Origin: Nitrospirota bacterium | GTDB lineage: Bacteria > Nitrospirota > Nitrospiria > Nitrospirales > Nitrospiraceae | Reading direction: 5' to 3' | Length of the DNA stretch: 64,000 nucleotides | Assembly: GCA_963703955.1 (NCBI GenBank) | Contig: CAVPGK010000026.1 | Span: forward strand, 29,119-93,118 | Shown here: positions 34,379-47,769 of the stretch, one piece after another | Numbering within the stretch: the stretch's first letter is position 1 | Layout of the letters: each line of letters opens with the position of its first letter | Position numbers and translations under genes: made by a program | Notes under the pieces: generated by a model | Database searches by the model: none | What the model saw: only the letters and a program-made list of their open reading frames with translations | What the model was told of the DNA's origin: nothing

Positions 34379-34849
34379 ATGCCGAGGCGACGAATATTCG
34401 GACAGCGTGATGTGCAGCCGGACCCTCGCCATCACGACAAGGTTGTTGGGAAGTTCATCAACATGTTGATGTCGGGCGGCAAGAAGAGTACCGCGGAGCA
34501 GATTTGCTTCGGGGCGTTCGACGTGATTCAGGAAAAATCCGGGAACGATCCTCTGAAAGTTTTTCGAGCGGCGATCGATAATGTGAGGCCTGTGGTCGAA
34601 GTGAAATCGCGACGGGTCGGCGGGGCTTCATATCAGGTTCCGGTCGAGATTCGACCGGTCCGCCGGATGTCGCTCGCGTTGCGCTGGATCGCTCAATACG
34701 CCAAGGCTCGAAACGGAAAGAGTATGTCGGAGAAATTGGCCGGCGAATTACTCGACGCGGCCAACAATACCGGGGCGTCGGTCAAGAAGAGAGAGGATAC
34801 CCACCGGATGGCTGAGGCCAACAAGGCCTTTGCCCATTATCGCTGGTAG
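34379..34849 (+). CDS. rpsG: 30S ribosomal protein S7
   Basis: [27 protein letters not shown]. Confidence 0.99.
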   Translation: MPRRRIFGQRDVQPDPRHHDKVVGKFINMLMSGGKKSTAEQICFGAFDVIQEKSGNDPLKVFRAAIDNVRPVVEVKSRRVGGASYQVPVEIRPVRRMSLALRWIAQYAKARNGKSMSEKLAGELLDAANNTGASVKKREDTHRMAEANKAFAHYRW

Positions 34850-34973
34850 GCGATTCCAGAAAGGTTTACCGTGCTGCAGTTGGGCCACGCTGCGAGAGGG
34901 CAAGCAGTTGCCCTGCACCCGCAGCCCAGCCGTTAAGGGTGGCCACTGCAGCATCGTTGTTTTGGGAGGTCAC

Positions 34974-37055
34974 GTGGCCAGGCGAGTATCCCTGGATCGG
35001 ACAAGGAATCTAGGCATCATGGCACACATTGATGCCGGTAAGACGACCACGACCGAGCGGATTCTTTTTTATACCGGGGTGTCGCACCGAATGGGTGAAG
35101 TCCATGACGGCGCGGCAACCATGGACTGGATGGAGCAGGAGCGTGAGCGAGGCATTACCATTACCTCCGCCGCAACCACATGCTTTTGGCGCGACTATCG
35201 GATCAATATTATCGACACGCCAGGTCACGTTGACTTTACGATTGAGGTCGAGCGGTCATTGCGGGTGTTGGATGGCGCGGTCGCGGTCTTCGATTCCGTG
35301 CAAGGGGTAGAACCGCAGTCCGAAACCGTTTGGCGTCAGGCGGATAAGTATCGCGTTCCGCGGATTGCGTTCATGAATAAGATGGACCGCATCGGGGCTG
35401 ATTTTTTCACCAGCGTGCAGTCGCTGGTTGACCGACTGGGCGCCAATCCTGTTCCGATTCAACTGCCCATCGGTTGTGAAGCTGAGTTCAGGGGATCGGT
35501 GGACTTGGTGCAAATGAAGGCCTACGTCTATGACGATGAATCGTTGGGGGCAAAATATAAGATCGAAGAGATTCCCGGCGATATGATGGAACTGGCAACG
35601 GAATATCGAGAGAAGATGCTGGAAGCGGTCGCCGAGCACGACGAGCAAGTGCTCGAACGGTACCTCAACGGGGAGATCCTGAGCGAATCCGAGATCAAGA
35701 AGGCTATCAGAGCCGGCACCATTTCCATGAAACTCACACCGGTTCTTTGTGGCTCAGCTTTTAAGAACAAAGGCGTGCAGCAGTTATTGGACGGCATGGC
35801 GGATTATCTCCCGTCGCCGCTGGATATTCCTCCGGTCACGGGGGTTGATCCTGAAACCGGCAAGGAGTTGAAGCGTCAAGCCAGTGATGACGAGCCCTTT
35901 TCTGCCTTGGCCTTCAAGATTATGACGGATCCCTTTGCGGGGCAGTTGACCTATTTTCGCGTGTACTCCGGGACTCTGAATACGGGGACGTCTGTTTACA
36001 ATATCACCAAGAACACGAAGGAGCGGATCGGTCGGCTGCTGAAAATGCACGCGAACAAGCGCGAAGACATCGATGCCGTTTACGCTGGCGATATCGCGGC
36101 CGCGGTCGGGCTCAAAGGAGCAACGACAGGCGACACGCTGTGTGATGAGAAGCACCCGATCTTACTCGAAGTGATGAAATTCCCAGAGCCGGTTATCGCG
36201 ATGGCGATCGAGCCGAAAACCAAACAGGACCAAGAAAAGCTCGGGTTCTCTCTTCAGAAGCTTGCCCAAGAGGATCCCTCGTTTCGAGTCCACACCGATG
36301 AGGAGACGGCCCAGACGATCATCGCCGGCATGGGCGAACTGCATCTTGAAATCATCGTGGACCGGCTCCTCCGCGAATTCAAAGTGGAGGCGAATGTCGG
36401 GAAACCGGAAGTCGCCTTCCGTGAGACGATCCGACGAGAGGCGGAAGCAGAGGCCAAGTACATCAAGCAAACCGGAGGGCGAGGTCAATACGGCCACGTC
36501 GTGTTGAAGGTGGGACCAAGCGAGCCGGGTGTCGGATTCGAATTCGTGAACAAGATCGTGGGCGGCGCGATTCCCAAAGAATACATCCCTGCTGTTGAGA
36601 AGGGGGTGAAGGAGCGGATGGAGTCGGGCGTGTTGGCCGGCTATCCCCTGCGCGACGTTCGCGTGACTCTCATCGATGGATCCTATCATGATGTCGATTC
36701 CAATGAAATGGCCTTTAAGATTGCGGGGTCGATGGGATTTCAGGATGCCTGTCGAAAGGCTGATCCGGTGCTGCTCGAGCCGATCATGAAAGTCGAGGTG
36801 TTGGTGCCTCAGGAATATATGGGAGACGTCATCGGAAACCTTAACGGCCGGCGCGGCAAGATTCAGGGCATCAAGGTGCGGGCGGGGTCTCAAGCCATCG
36901 AGGCGGCCGTTCCGCTGAGTGAGATGTTTGGGTATGCAACGGACCTTCGTTCACGCACCCAAGGTCGAGCCACCTACAGCATGGAATTCGAGCGGTACGA
37001 ACCGGTTCCCAAGCAAATAGCCGAGCAGATCATCGCAAAGAATCGAGGGGAGTGA
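34974..37055 (+). CDS. fusA: Elongation factor G
   Basis: GTG start after [44 protein letters not shown]. Confidence 0.98.
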   Translation: MARRVSLDRTRNLGIMAHIDAGKTTTTERILFYTGVSHRMGEVHDGAATMDWMEQERERGITITSAATTCFWRDYRINIIDTPGHVDFTIEVERSLRVLDGAVAVFDSVQGVEPQSETVWRQADKYRVPRIAFMNKMDRIGADFFTSVQSLVDRLGANPVPIQLPIGCEAEFRGSVDLVQMKAYVYDDESLGAKYKIEEIPGDMMELATEYREKMLEAVAEHDEQVLERYLNGEILSESEIKKAIRAGTISMKLTPVLCGSAFKNKGVQQLLDGMADYLPSPLDIPPVTGVDPETGKELKRQASDDEPFSALAFKIMTDPFAGQLTYFRVYSGTLNTGTSVYNITKNTKERIGRLLKMHANKREDIDAVYAGDIAAAVGLKGATTGDTLCDEKHPILLEVMKFPEPVIAMAIEPKTKQDQEKLGFSLQKLAQEDPSFRVHTDEETAQTIIAGMGELHLEIIVDRLLREFKVEANVGKPEVAFRETIRREAEAEAKYIKQTGGRGQYGHVVLKVGPSEPGVGFEFVNKIVGGAIPKEYIPAVEKGVKERMESGVLAGYPLRDVRVTLIDGSYHDVDSNEMAFKIAGSMGFQDACRKADPVLLEPIMKVEVLVPQEYMGDVIGNLNGRRGKIQGIKVRAGSQAIEAAVPLSEMFGYATDLRSRTQGRATYSMEFERYEPVPKQIAEQIIAKNRGE

Positions 37056-37135
37056 CGCGCATCGATCGGGTTGTATCGGGTCGCCACAAGTGAAGAGGCG
37101 CCCGGCTTAGCAAGCTCGGGAAGAAGGAGGGGGAC

Positions 37136-38342
<1,207 letters not shown>

Positions 38343-38364
38343 AGGATCATTGGAAGAGGAGCTA

Positions 38365-38440
38365 ACTCAGTTGCCTCCGCTTTCGCGGCGCGCACGCGAA
38401 GACTGTGCTTGCTCGATGCGCGCCATAAGGGCAATTGAGT
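38365..38440. repeat. Stem-loop repeat (family B) without cassette
   Basis: ACTCAGTTGCC / GGCAATTGAGT arms; loop similar to 21441-21536 minus cassette X. Confidence 0.55.
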
Positions 38441-38479
38441 ACTTGCCGCTGAGCTGGAGTAGGAGTTGTAGGAGCTATT

Positions 38480-38791
38480 GTGAAGGTTGATCAGCGTATA
38501 CGTATCAGGTTGAAGGGGTTTGATTACCGGATCTTGGATCAGTCCGTCACCGAGATTGTCGAGACCGTAAAGCGGAGCGGGGCGAAAATCGCCGGGCCGA
38601 TCCCATTGCCCACGCGGATTGAAAAGTTTACCGTCCTACGGTCCACGCACGTGGACAAAAAATCTCGTGAGCAATTCGAGATTCGAACCCACAAGCGATT
38701 GCTTGATATTTTGGAACCGACCCCCGAAACCATGGATGCGTTGATGAAGTTGAATTTAGCGGCGGGTGTTGATGTTGAAATTAAACTATGA
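38480..38791 (+). CDS. rpsJ: 30S ribosomal protein S10
   Basis: [29 protein letters not shown]. Confidence 0.98.
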   Translation: MKVDQRIRIRLKGFDYRILDQSVTEIVETVKRSGAKIAGPIPLPTRIEKFTVLRSTHVDKKSREQFEIRTHKRLLDILEPTPETMDALMKLNLAAGVDVEIKL

Positions 38792-38813
38792 AGCTGGCTG
38801 TATCGGTTGAGAG

Positions 38814-39437
38814 ATGATAAACGGACTGCTTGGCAAAAAGCTCGGGATGACCCAAGTGTATGACGAAGCGGGGCGGTTGACTCCTGTCACAGTGGTCGAA
38901 GCCGGACCATGCCGGGTTGTGGAAATTCGAACCCCTGAGCGCAACGGGTATGAAGCTGTACAAGTTGCATTTCAGGAAGTCCCCAATCGGAAACTGACGA
39001 AGCCGCAACTCGGACACCTGAAGGCGACCAATGCACCTCCCAGCCGGCATGTGCGGGAGTTCAAGAAAACGGGCGAGGTTCAGGTCGGCCAAGTGCTCAA
39101 AGCGGACCTTTTTCATAAAGGTGAGTGGGTCGATGTGGAAGGTGTCTCAAAGGGAAAGGGCTATCAGGGTGTGGTCAAGCGCCATCATTACCGGGGCGGC
39201 CCCGAGACTCACGGCTCCATGTTTCATCGAGCGCCAGGCTCCATCGGGAGCAGCTCCCACCCATCGCGTGTGTGGAAGAACAAGACTCTTCCGGGACACA
39301 TGGGAAGCGAGCGGGTGACCGTTCAGCGCTTGAAAGTGGTTGACTCCAGGCCGGACGAAAATCTTTTGTTTGTCAGCGGGGCGATCCCAGGAGCGACCGG
39401 CGGTCTGGTCGTCGTCCGAAAGTCGAAGAAAAGGTAG
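38814..39437 (+). CDS. rplC: 50S ribosomal protein L3
   Basis: [29 protein letters not shown]. Confidence 0.98.
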   Translation: MINGLLGKKLGMTQVYDEAGRLTPVTVVEAGPCRVVEIRTPERNGYEAVQVAFQEVPNRKLTKPQLGHLKATNAPPSRHVREFKKTGEVQVGQVLKADLFHKGEWVDVEGVSKGKGYQGVVKRHHYRGGPETHGSMFHRAPGSIGSSSHPSRVWKNKTLPGHMGSERVTVQRLKVVDSRPDENLLFVSGAIPGATGGLVVVRKSKKR

Positions 39438-39439
39438 CC

Positions 39440-40063
39440 ATGCCCACGCTGGACGTATTTGATGGCCAAAAGCGGAAGGTAGGGTCCATTGCATTGCAAG
39501 CCGAAGTGTTTGGAGTGGAGTCGAAGGCGGCTCTGGTTCATAACGCGGTCGTGATGCAGCAGGCGTGTGCTCGGCAGGGAACCGCCTCGACCCTTCGACG
39601 CGGAGAAGTTAGCGGTTCGGGGAAGAAGCCCTGGAAGCAGAAGCACACGGGGCGCGCCAGGGCGGGATCGATTCGGTCTCCGATATGGCGTCACGGTGGA
39701 ACCGTCTTTGGGCCTCGGCCGCGGAGTTATGCCTTCTCCGTGCCAAAAAAGAAGTATCGGGCGGCTCTTCAGAGTGCGCTTTCTTCGAGGGTTGCCGAAG
39801 GGGCCGTCATGATTCTGTCGGACCTTTCCATTGAACAGCCCAGAACGAGACTCCTCGCCAGGACGCTGATGCAACTCGGACTCACAGGTAAGACGTTGAT
39901 CGTGTTGGGCGAGGGGCGGACTGATATTGAGCGGGCAGCGGGCAATCTGCCGAACGTGAAGGTGGTGAAGCCTGAAGGGTTGAACGTATACGATGTGCTG
40001 AAGTACAACGCCATCGTCATTCCGGAGCGGGAGTTGCCCAGAGTTCATGAGGTCTGGGCATGA
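39440..40063 (+). CDS. rplD: 50S ribosomal protein L4
   Basis: RQGTAST, KKPWKQKHTGRARAGSIRSP. Confidence 0.98.
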   Translation: MPTLDVFDGQKRKVGSIALQAEVFGVESKAALVHNAVVMQQACARQGTASTLRRGEVSGSGKKPWKQKHTGRARAGSIRSPIWRHGGTVFGPRPRSYAFSVPKKKYRAALQSALSSRVAEGAVMILSDLSIEQPRTRLLARTLMQLGLTGKTLIVLGEGRTDIERAAGNLPNVKVVKPEGLNVYDVLKYNAIVIPERELPRVHEVWA

Positions 40064-40353
40064 AACGACATCCTCATGGCGTGTTGGTGAGACCGCTCCT
40101 GACCGAAAAGATTACCGCGATGCGCGAAACGGGGAACAAAGTGGGGTTCGTGGTCCGTGGAGATGCCAATCGGGTCGAAATCAAGCGGGCCGTTGAATCG
40201 GCGCTTAAGGTCAGGGTCGATCGCGTGAACGTGTTGAATGTCAGCGGAAAGATGAAACGGCTTGGCCGATTTGCGGGCAAGCGACCTGACTGGAAAAAAG
40301 CGATCGTGACGTTGAAAGAAGGCGAGAAGCTGGAGATGTACGAGAGCGTGTGA
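40060..40353 (+). CDS. rplW: 50S ribosomal protein L23
   Basis: PLLTEK, EIKRAVE, WKKAIVTL. Confidence 0.97.
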   Translation: MKRHPHGVLVRPLLTEKITAMRETGNKVGFVVRGDANRVEIKRAVESALKVRVDRVNVLNVSGKMKRLGRFAGKRPDWKKAIVTLKEGEKLEMYESV

Positions 40354-40403
40354 GACGGTTTGTATTTTTTCTGGGGAGATGACGAGGCCGTTCCATGCCT
40401 ACG

Positions 40404-40494
40404 GAGCGGGTTCGATGAGAATCTGCGGGCGGTAAGGGGCGCGTCGTGGCGCCTGGGTGGGCGGAATGAAGCGAGCAGTCGAACGAACCTGCTC
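40404..40494. repeat. Stem-loop carrying degenerate cassette X
   Basis: GAGCGGGTTCG / CGAACCTGCTC arms around GGTAAGGGGCGCGTCGTGGCGCCTGGGTGGGCGG. Confidence 0.65.
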
Positions 40495-40544
40495 AGCTCA
40501 GACATCTTGTTGAAGGGTTGAAGAGGCAAGGGTAAAGCCAGATC

Positions 40545-41372
40545 ATGGGACTGAAAGCGTATCGTCCGACATCTCCAGGTCGGCGTGGGATGACCATTCT
40601 GACCGATGAGGGTCTGGCGGAGAAAAGACCGGAAAAGAGCCTCACCACATTTCATCTGCGTTCCGGAGGTCGCAATAACGATGGTCGCATGACTATCCGG
40701 TTTCGTGGAAGTGGGCACAAGCGACTCTATCGGCAGGTGGATTTTAAACGAAACAAGTTCGGGGTGCCGGCCAAGGTCAGGTCGATTGAATATGATCCGA
40801 ATCGATCGGCGCGCATCGCCATGTTGTCGTACGCCGATGGCGAAAAGCGATATATCCTGGCGCCTCATGGGCTCGCGGTGAACGATATCGTAGAATCAGG
40901 GCCGGAGGCCGAGGTCAGGCCCGGCAACGCCCTGCCGCTGACGAACATGCCGTTGGGGACCACGATCCATAACATCGAGTTGAAGCCAGGAAAGGGCGGG
41001 CAGCTCATTCGGAGCGCCGGTGGTTTCGCCCAGGTCATGGGTCGCGATGAGGCCTATGTTCAGATTCGCCTGAAGTCGGGTGAGATGCGACGCATTTTGA
41101 GTGCCTGCATGGCGACGGTCGGGCAGGTCGGGAATCTGGATCATGAGAACGTTTCCGTCGGAAAGGCCGGTCGCTCGCGTTGGAAAGGCCGCCGTCCGCA
41201 TGTCCGCGGTGTGGCGATGAATCCGGTTGATCACCCGCATGGTGGGGGAGAAGGGAAGTCTGGACAAGGAAATCCCCATCCGGTTTCCCCGTGGGGCCTT
41301 CCGACCAAAGGCTACAAGACCCGGAAGAACAAGGCGACCGATAAGTTCATCATTACCCGTCGCAAGAAATAA
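40545..41372 (+). CDS. rplB: 50S ribosomal protein L2
   Basis: [28 protein letters not shown]. Confidence 0.99.
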   Translation: MGLKAYRPTSPGRRGMTILTDEGLAEKRPEKSLTTFHLRSGGRNNDGRMTIRFRGSGHKRLYRQVDFKRNKFGVPAKVRSIEYDPNRSARIAMLSYADGEKRYILAPHGLAVNDIVESGPEAEVRPGNALPLTNMPLGTTIHNIELKPGKGGQLIRSAGGFAQVMGRDEAYVQIRLKSGEMRRILSACMATVGQVGNLDHENVSVGKAGRSRWKGRRPHVRGVAMNPVDHPHGGGEGKSGQGNPHPVSPWGLPTKGYKTRKNKATDKFIITRRKK

Positions 41373-41387
41373 CCGCGAGGAAAACGC

Positions 41388-41675
41388 ATGCCGAGATCAG
41401 TCAGTAAGGGGGCCTTTGTCGACGAGCATCTGGCCAAGAAAGTGGCGCAGATGAACGAAACCAGGGACCGAAGGATCATCAAAACCTGGTCTCGCCGATC
41501 GACGGTGACCCCCGATATGATCGGCCACACGTTTGCCGTCCATAACGGCAAAAAGTTCATACCGGTATTCGTGACCGAGAACATGGTTGGCCATAAGCTT
41601 GGCGAATTCGCCCCAACTCGATTTTTCAAAGGCCACGGTGCGGCGAAGACTGAGAAAGCGGTCGCTCTGAAATAG
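41388..41675 (+). CDS. rpsS: 30S ribosomal protein S19
   Basis: [20 protein letters not shown]. Confidence 0.98.
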   Translation: MPRSVSKGAFVDEHLAKKVAQMNETRDRRIIKTWSRRSTVTPDMIGHTFAVHNGKKFIPVFVTENMVGHKLGEFAPTRFFKGHGAAKTEKAVALK

Positions 41676-41771
41676 TCTCGACCGTGATGATCGGATGCAC
41701 GATGCCTGTGTTGAGAGAGACCTCCCGGTCGCAATTCACCAATACTCCGTCACGAACACGTTAGGGTTGAA

Positions 41772-42138
41772 ATGGCTGAAGCAAGGGCAGTGTTACGATA
41801 TGTTCGAGTCGCTCCCCGCAAGGCCCGTATGGTCGTCGATGTGATCCGCGGGCAAGAAGTCCCCCCGTGCCCTGGCTATGTTGAAGTATACCCCCCGCGC
41901 CGCGGCCAAGGTCGTTGAAAAAGTCTTGCGATCTGCGGTCGCAAACGCCGAGCAAAAGGAACTGGGTGATGCCGACGTCATGTGGATCTCAAGAGCGTAT
42001 GTCGATGGCGGACCGACGTATAAGCGATTCAGGGCGAGATCGATGGGCCGCGCCAATTCGATTCACAAGAGAACCAGTCATATTACCGTGGTTGTCTCGG
42101 CGCCGGACGCAGCGGGAAGAAAACAAGCCGGTCGTTGA
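41772..42138 (+). CDS. rplV: 50S ribosomal protein L22 (+1 indel in C6 run near 41861-41866)
   Basis: [27 protein letters not shown], then shifted frame [25 protein letters not shown]. Confidence 0.93.
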
Positions 42139-42172
42139 CCTCGTTATTCAGAGGTGAGGAGCCGCACGATCT

Positions 42173-42853
42173 ATGGGACACAAAACGCATCCGGTCGGTT
42201 ACCGACTTGGCTACAACCGTGTGTGGAATTCTCGGTGGTACGCGGGGAAGGATTTCGCCAAGCTTCTCCACGAGGACATCAGGATCCGAAAGATGGTCAA
42301 AGAGAAGCTGTACCATGCCGGGGTCGCACGTATTGAAATCGAGCGATCAGGCGATCAAACGCGCGTCATCATCCATACCGCAAGGCCTGGTATCATTATC
42401 GGCCGAAAGGGGGCGGAGGTGGACAAGTTGAAGGCGACCCTGGAGAAAGAGTATGGGCGCCAGGTGTACATCATCGTGAAAGAGATCAAGAAGCCTGAGC
42501 TTGATGCACAGCTCGTGAGTGAAAATATCGCGGTGCAGCTCGAGAAACGAGTCGCCTTTCGTCGTGCAATGAAACGCAGCATCGCGGCGGCGCTGAGGCT
42601 GGGCGCGCAAGGCATCAGAATTACCTGCGCAGGGCGCCTTGGAGGAGCCGAGATCGCCAGGACCGAATGGTATCGGGAAGGAAGGGTGCCCTTGCACACG
42701 CTGCGAGCCGATATTGATTTCGGGTTTGCTGAAGCCCACACCACGATGGGGCAGATCGGGGTCAAGGCCTGGATCTATCGTGGTGAGGCGCTCCCTCTCC
42801 AAGCCGAGAAAACTGGTAGGGGGTTTGAGAGAAGGGAAGGGCATTTGAACTGA
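42173..42853 (+). CDS. rpsC: 30S ribosomal protein S3
   Basis: [36 protein letters not shown]. Confidence 0.98.
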   Translation: MGHKTHPVGYRLGYNRVWNSRWYAGKDFAKLLHEDIRIRKMVKEKLYHAGVARIEIERSGDQTRVIIHTARPGIIIGRKGAEVDKLKATLEKEYGRQVYIIVKEIKKPELDAQLVSENIAVQLEKRVAFRRAMKRSIAAALRLGAQGIRITCAGRLGGAEIARTEWYREGRVPLHTLRADIDFGFAEAHTTMGQIGVKAWIYRGEALPLQAEKTGRGFERREGHLN

Positions 42854-42950
42854 TGCTCTGTGAGCGCCGGGGTATGGTTGACAAGCACGCGACGGTGGTA
42901 TGTGACAAGAACTCGATCCGAACGGTTGGATGCGGAGGAAAGAGTAGGAC

Positions 42951-43363
42951 ATGCTCGCACCTAAGAAGGTGAAGTTCAGAAAGATGCAAAAGGGACGAAT
43001 GCGGGGGAAAGCCTATCGAGGCGGGCAGATCACGTTGGAGAGTTTGGCCTGAAGGCACTGGAACCTGGCCGGATTACAAGTCGTCAAATTGAAGCCGCGC
43101 GTATTGCCATTACCCGGCACGTTAAACGCGGTGGGCAAGTTTGGACACGGATCTTCCCGGACAAACCCATCACAAAGAAGCCGGCTGAAACTCGAATGGG
43201 CAAAGGAAAAGGAAACCCGGAGTTTTGGGTGGCCGTTGTAAAGCCGGGACGGATTCTCTACGAAATGGACGGTGTAACGCCAGCGGTCGCGCAAGAAGCC
43301 CTTCGACTTGCGGCACATAAGTTGCCGGTGGCAACCAAGTTTGTTGTGAGAGGGGCGATTTGA
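42951..43363 (+). CDS. rplP: 50S ribosomal protein L16 (one base missing near 43037)
   Basis: Not in ORF track. [19 protein letters not shown], then shifted frame [32 protein letters not shown]. Confidence 0.93.
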
Positions 43364-43476
43364 TGGGTGAGCGGGTCCGAGTGCTTCGCGTGCTCACACA
43401 TCACGCACGGTAAGAGTAGGAATCACGCAGCCTGCCCACCAGAGAGCAGTCATGCGGGGTATAAGAAGGGTGCGGA

Positions 43477-43689
43477 ATGTTGGATGTAAAGGATCTGAAA
43501 GGCCTGACCGATGCAGAGCTTGCCGAGAAGGAGCAACAGCTGAGCCAAGAGCTGTTTAATCTTCGATTCCAGCTTGCCACAGGGCGCATTGAGAACCCCA
43601 TGAAAATCAGGCAGACGCGTCGTGATCTTGCCCGTGTCAAGACGATACTGGCTGAAAAGGCATTTTATCGTAAAGGACAGCAGGCATGA
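43477..43689 (+). CDS. rpmC: 50S ribosomal protein L29
   Basis: ELFNLRFQLATG, RRDLARVKT. Confidence 0.96.
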   Translation: MLDVKDLKGLTDAELAEKEQQLSQELFNLRFQLATGRIENPMKIRQTRRDLARVKTILAEKAFYRKGQQA

Positions 43690-43955
43690 CGACAAGTCGG
43701 GAGAAGCGCCGGTATTGGTTCGGGAACGTGATCAGTAACAAGATGAATAAGACCGTCGTTGTGGCGGTCGATCGATTTGTCCGGCATCCGGTTTACGACA
43801 AGGTGATGCGGCGTGTGACGAAGCTGAAAGCGCATGACGAACAGAGCGCCTGTCAGGTCGGAGATCGGGTTAAGCTCATTGGAACCAGGCCAATCAGCAA
43901 GAACAAGCATTGGCGTGTCGTGCAAGTGATGAAACGAGGCCAACCCGAATCATGA
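43686..43955 (+). CDS. rpsQ: 30S ribosomal protein S17
   Basis: [22 protein letters not shown]. Confidence 0.97.
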   Translation: MTTSREKRRYWFGNVISNKMNKTVVVAVDRFVRHPVYDKVMRRVTKLKAHDEQSACQVGDRVKLIGTRPISKNKHWRVVQVMKRGQPES

Positions 43956-44320
43956 TTCAGAACTACAGCTATCTCGATGTGGCCGACAACTCAGGCGCAA
44001 AGCAGGTCATGTGCTTCCATGTCTTGGGCGGGTCGAAGCGTCGGTATGGTTCGCTCGGTGACGTGGTGGTGGTCGCCGTCAAGGAAGCCATTCCGCAAGC
44101 GACGGTCAAGAAGGGGGATGTGAGCAAGGCAGTCATTGTCCGCACCACGAAGGGTGTGCGGCGCGAGGACGGGTCCTACATCAAGTTCGATCGAAACGCG
44201 TGCGTACTGATTAACGCGCAGGGTGAACCGATCGGAACACGTATCTTTGGTCCGGTGGCCAGAGAACTTCGCTGGAAGAAATTTATGAAGATCATTTCAT
44301 TGGCGCCGGAAGTCCTTTAG
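43952..44320 (+). CDS. rplN: 50S ribosomal protein L14
   Basis: [30 protein letters not shown]. Confidence 0.98.
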   Translation: MIQNYSYLDVADNSGAKQVMCFHVLGGSKRRYGSLGDVVVVAVKEAIPQATVKKGDVSKAVIVRTTKGVRREDGSYIKFDRNACVLINAQGEPIGTRIFGPVARELRWKKFMKIISLAPEVL

Positions 44321-44335
44321 TTGAGGAATAAGACC

Positions 44336-44677
44336 GTGAGTGCGCTGGACGCCCCAAGAACGAAAATCAGAAAAGGCGATACGGTAATGGTTATTGCGGG
44401 TCGCGAACGCGGAAAGACCGGAAAAGTCCTGTCCCTCCAGTTGATGAGCGGAAAACTCACGGTTGAGAAGCTGAATGTCATCAAGCGCCACACCAAGCCG
44501 AATCAGAAAACGAAGCAAGGCGGGATTATCGAACGCGAAGCCCCCTTGGCGATATCGAACGTGATGTTCCTCTGCGGCAACTGTAACAAGCCTGTCCGCT
44601 TGGGAATCAAGACGGGGGAGGACGGCCGGCGCGTGCGGGTCTGCAAGAAATGCAAGGAAGTGATTGAGCAGGTATAG
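44336..44677 (+). CDS. rplX: 50S ribosomal protein L24
   Basis: [27 protein letters not shown]...CKKC. Confidence 0.96.
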   Translation: MSALDAPRTKIRKGDTVMVIAGRERGKTGKVLSLQLMSGKLTVEKLNVIKRHTKPNQKTKQGGIIEREAPLAISNVMFLCGNCNKPVRLGIKTGEDGRRVRVCKKCKEVIEQV

Positions 44678-44688
44678 GAAGAAGGACG

Positions 44689-45360
44689 ATGGCGAAGACG
44701 GATAAAGGGTCGTCCGATAAAACGCCGGAGAAGAAGTCGTCGGCCAAGAAGGATGCACCGGCCAAGAAGGACATCCAGCAGGCAAAGGCGCAGGAAGAGT
44801 CACCGCGCGGGCCGAGAGTTCCGCCCCGGCTGAAGGAAGCCTATCGACAACAGGTCGTGCCTGCGCTCATGAAAGAGTTCGGATACAAGAACCCCATGCA
44901 AGTGCCAAAGGTGGACCGTGTGGTCGTGAACGTCGGGATGGGCGAAGCGATCCAAAACGTCAAGCTCCTTGAAAGCGCCACGGCCGAACTGGGAGTCATT
45001 TCCGGACAGCATCCGGTCGTCACCAAGGCCAAGAAGGCGATTGCAGGCTTCAAACTTCGCCAGGGTATGCCAATTGGATCCAAAGTGACGCTCAGAAGCG
45101 ACCGGATGTACGAGTTTCTGGATCGTCTGGTCAGCTTGGCGCTTCCGCGCATTCGTGATTTCCGGGGCGTTTCGCCAAAGGCCTTTGACGGGCGTGGAAA
45201 CTATACGTTGGGTTTGAAGGAACAGTTGATTTTTCCGGAAATCAAGTATGACAGCGTCGCGTCAATTCACGGCATGGATATCACCATCGTCACGACAGCG
45301 AAGACCAATGATGAGGGGAAGGCCTTGCTCCGCTTAATGGGAATGCCCTTTCGGTCGTAA
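44689..45360 (+). CDS. rplE: 50S ribosomal protein L5 with Lys-rich N-terminal extension
   Basis: [35 protein letters not shown]. Confidence 0.97.
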   Translation: MAKTDKGSSDKTPEKKSSAKKDAPAKKDIQQAKAQEESPRGPRVPPRLKEAYRQQVVPALMKEFGYKNPMQVPKVDRVVVNVGMGEAIQNVKLLESATAELGVISGQHPVVTKAKKAIAGFKLRQGMPIGSKVTLRSDRMYEFLDRLVSLALPRIRDFRGVSPKAFDGRGNYTLGLKEQLIFPEIKYDSVASIHGMDITIVTTAKTNDEGKALLRLMGMPFRS

Positions 45361-45418
45361 GCCGTTTTGCTGGGGCGGCCTCGATAGGACGGTGGCGCCA
45401 ACTTGAGGGAGGTCAGGC

Positions 45419-45604
45419 GTGTCAAGAAAAGCGTTGCGGCTCAAAGCGACGACGAAACAGAAGTTCCCGGTCAGAGAATACCACCGCTGTCCCTTGTGCG
45501 GACGTGTCAGAGGGTTTCTTCGGCGTTTCAGGATGTGCCGAATTTGTTTTCGATTCTTAAGCCTCCGAGGAGAGATCCCCGGAGTGACGAAATCGAGTTG
45601 GTAA
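45419..45604 (+). CDS. rpsN: 30S ribosomal protein S14 (short zinc-binding type)
   Basis: RCPLCGR...MCRICFR...IPGVTKSSW. Confidence 0.96.
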   Translation: MSRKALRLKATTKQKFPVREYHRCPLCGRVRGFLRRFRMCRICFRFLSLRGEIPGVTKSSW

Positions 45605-45637
45605 CGATTTGCCATGACCGTCTATGAGGTCTAGACG

Positions 45638-46033
45638 ATGATGACCGACCCTATTGCGGACCTTCTCGTCCGCATTCAAAATGCCGTTCGGCGGCGCCAT
45701 GCAACCGTGACGGTTCCGGCTTCAAAACTCAAAGCCGATGTCCTTCGCGTGCTAAAGGCTGAAGGATTTATCGGTGATTATGACCGGGAGACCATCGAAG
45801 GAAAGCCGATGCTGAATGTGCACTTGCGTTATGTCGGAGACGGACAGCCGATCATTATGGGAATGCGCCGTATTAGCAAACCGGGTAAGCGGGTCTATGT
45901 CGGGCGGCGTGACGTGACGCAGGTGATGAGCGGCATGGGGATAGCCATTGTTTCGACCTCGAGAGGGCTGATGACGGATCAAGAGTCCCGGCGCGCGAGT
46001 CTGGGCGGTGAAGTACTCTGCCACGTATGGTAG
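45638..46033 (+). CDS. rpsH: 30S ribosomal protein S8
   Basis: TDPIADLLVRI, ISKPGKRVY, STSRGLMTD. Confidence 0.98.
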   Translation: MMTDPIADLLVRIQNAVRRRHATVTVPASKLKADVLRVLKAEGFIGDYDRETIEGKPMLNVHLRYVGDGQPIIMGMRRISKPGKRVYVGRRDVTQVMSGMGIAIVSTSRGLMTDQESRRASLGGEVLCHVW

Positions 46034-46140
46034 TCAACAGCACATTGCTATCAGCGGTCGCCCAGCATTTCACGGGAAGGTATCGTGCCTGAGAGCTGTA
46101 AGCATAACCTTTCTGGCGCTGACTTTATCAAGGGTTCATG

Positions 46141-46677
46141 ATGTCACGCGTAGGTCGAAAACCGATACCAATTCCGACGGGGGTGGATGTCAAGGTCCTA
46201 GATCGAACGGTTGTCGTTAAGGGGCCCTTAGGTCGCCTTGAATGGAACCTGGAGCCAAGTGTGTCCGTCACTGTCGTCGATGGGCACGTGCAGGTCATCC
46301 GTTCAGGCGACGATGCAAAGGTGAGAGCCTTACACGGATTGGTGCGCGCCGAGATCAATAACATGATTCTCGGCGTGACCAAGGGGTACGAACGGACGTT
46401 GGAGATCACTGGGGTTGGCTACAAAGCGCAGGTTCAGGGGAAATCCGTCAGTCTGAACCTCGGGTATACCCATCCCGTTGTCTTCAACTTGCCCGATGGT
46501 ATTGACGCGAAGGTCGACAAGCAGACCGTTATCACCGTTCGCGGGTTCGATAAACGGCAGGTCGGGCAGGCTGCCGCCAATATCCGAGCCGTGAAGCCAC
46601 CGGATGTCTATAAGCAAAAAGGAGTTCGGTACGCAGGCGAAACCCTCCGTAAGAAAGAGGGAAAGACCGGAAAGTAG
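46141..46677 (+). CDS. rplF: 50S ribosomal protein L6
   Basis: [27 protein letters not shown]. Confidence 0.98.
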   Translation: MSRVGRKPIPIPTGVDVKVLDRTVVVKGPLGRLEWNLEPSVSVTVVDGHVQVIRSGDDAKVRALHGLVRAEINNMILGVTKGYERTLEITGVGYKAQVQGKSVSLNLGYTHPVVFNLPDGIDAKVDKQTVITVRGFDKRQVGQAAANIRAVKPPDVYKQKGVRYAGETLRKKEGKTGK

Positions 46678-46685
46678 CTACCGCG

Positions 46686-47051
46686 ATGATGAGCAACGAG
46701 AAGACGAGAAAACTCGAACGGCGAAAGCGTCGAGTACGCCAGCATATTTTCGGGTTGCCGACCCGTCCTCGCCTGAACGTATTCCGCAGCAAGAATCACA
46801 TCTACGCCCAGATTATCGACGACACCACCGGGCGCACATTGGCGGCCGCCTCGACGATCGATCCCGATTTGCGGAAGTCTCTGACATCGAGCAAACCAAT
46901 CGAAGCCGCCAAGGCAGTCGGCCATCTCTTGGCGGATCGAGCGAAGACCGCTAGGATTGAGGCCGTCGTTTTTGACCGGGGTGGGCGGATCTACCACGGT
47001 CGTATTAAGGCCCTGGCCGAGGCGTCTCGGGAAGGGGGGCTCAAGTTCTAA
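46686..47051 (+). CDS. rplR: 50S ribosomal protein L18
   Basis: [20 protein letters not shown]. Confidence 0.97.
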   Translation: MMSNEKTRKLERRKRRVRQHIFGLPTRPRLNVFRSKNHIYAQIIDDTTGRTLAAASTIDPDLRKSLTSSKPIEAAKAVGHLLADRAKTARIEAVVFDRGGRIYHGRIKALAEASREGGLKF

Positions 47052-47069
47052 TGAGAGGAGCATGATGAC

Positions 47070-47582
47070 GTGCGGGTGAATCCTGAGGAATTGAGTCTGA
47101 AGGACAAAGTCGTCTTTATCAACCGTGTCGCCAAAGTTGTCAAGGGTGGCAAGCGATTTAATTTCTGCGCGCTTGTGGTGGTGGGCGATGGCCAGGGATG
47201 GGTCGGTGTCGGAAAAGGGAAAGCCGCCGAGGTTCCCGCCGCCATTTCGAAGGCCGTCGAGCGTGCCAAGAAACATTTGATACGCGTGCCGCTCAAGGAC
47301 CGAACCATTCCACATCAAGTGCACGGATTGTTTGGCGCCGAGCATGTTCTTCTCAAACCGGCGGTCGAGGGAACCGGAATTATCGCAGGGGGTGCCGTTC
47401 GCGCAGTTGTGGAACTGGCGGGCGCGCACAATATCATCGCCAAAACTTTGGGGCGAGGGAATCCGTTTAACACGGTCAGGGCGACGCTGGATGGTCTGTG
47501 CCAGCTAAGGGACCCTGAAGAAGTCATCCGCCTTCGCAGAGGCGGGTCTGAAAAAGTAGGAGAGCGGTATGGCGAACGCTAG
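47070..47582 (+). CDS. rpsE: 30S ribosomal protein S5
   Basis: [20 protein letters not shown]. Confidence 0.98.
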   Translation: MRVNPEELSLKDKVVFINRVAKVVKGGKRFNFCALVVVGDGQGWVGVGKGKAAEVPAAISKAVERAKKHLIRVPLKDRTIPHQVHGLFGAEHVLLKPAVEGTGIIAGGAVRAVVELAGAHNIIAKTLGRGNPFNTVRATLDGLCQLRDPEEVIRLRRGGSEKVGERYGER

Positions 47583-47769
47583 AAAAGCCGCGGGCGGTGT
47601 CTCAATCACCCTGAAACGGAGCCCCATCGGGACACCGTACCGGCATCGCCTTGTGTTGCGAAGTCTGGGACTACGGAAAATGCATGACACCGTAATTCGC
47701 CCTCATACGCCTCAGGTCCTCGGGATGATCGTCAAGGTTTCCTATTTACTGGATGTGAAGACGTTATGA
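47569..47769 (+). CDS. rpmD: 50S ribosomal protein L30
   Basis: [24 protein letters not shown]. Confidence 0.94.
   Translation: MANARKAAGGVSITLKRSPIGTPYRHRLVLRSLGLRKMHDTVIRPHTPQVLGMIVKVSYLLDVKTL

Noticed and set aside
37111..37123. CAAGCTCGGGAAG resembling the cassette X junction at 21901
   Set aside because: Only about 12 nt match and it runs into the tuf SD; could be chance
41772..43363. Programmed frameshifting or pseudogenes in rplV and rplP
   Set aside because: Breaks fall in short homopolymers, no slippery-site or stimulator signal, and similar indels are scattered through the window
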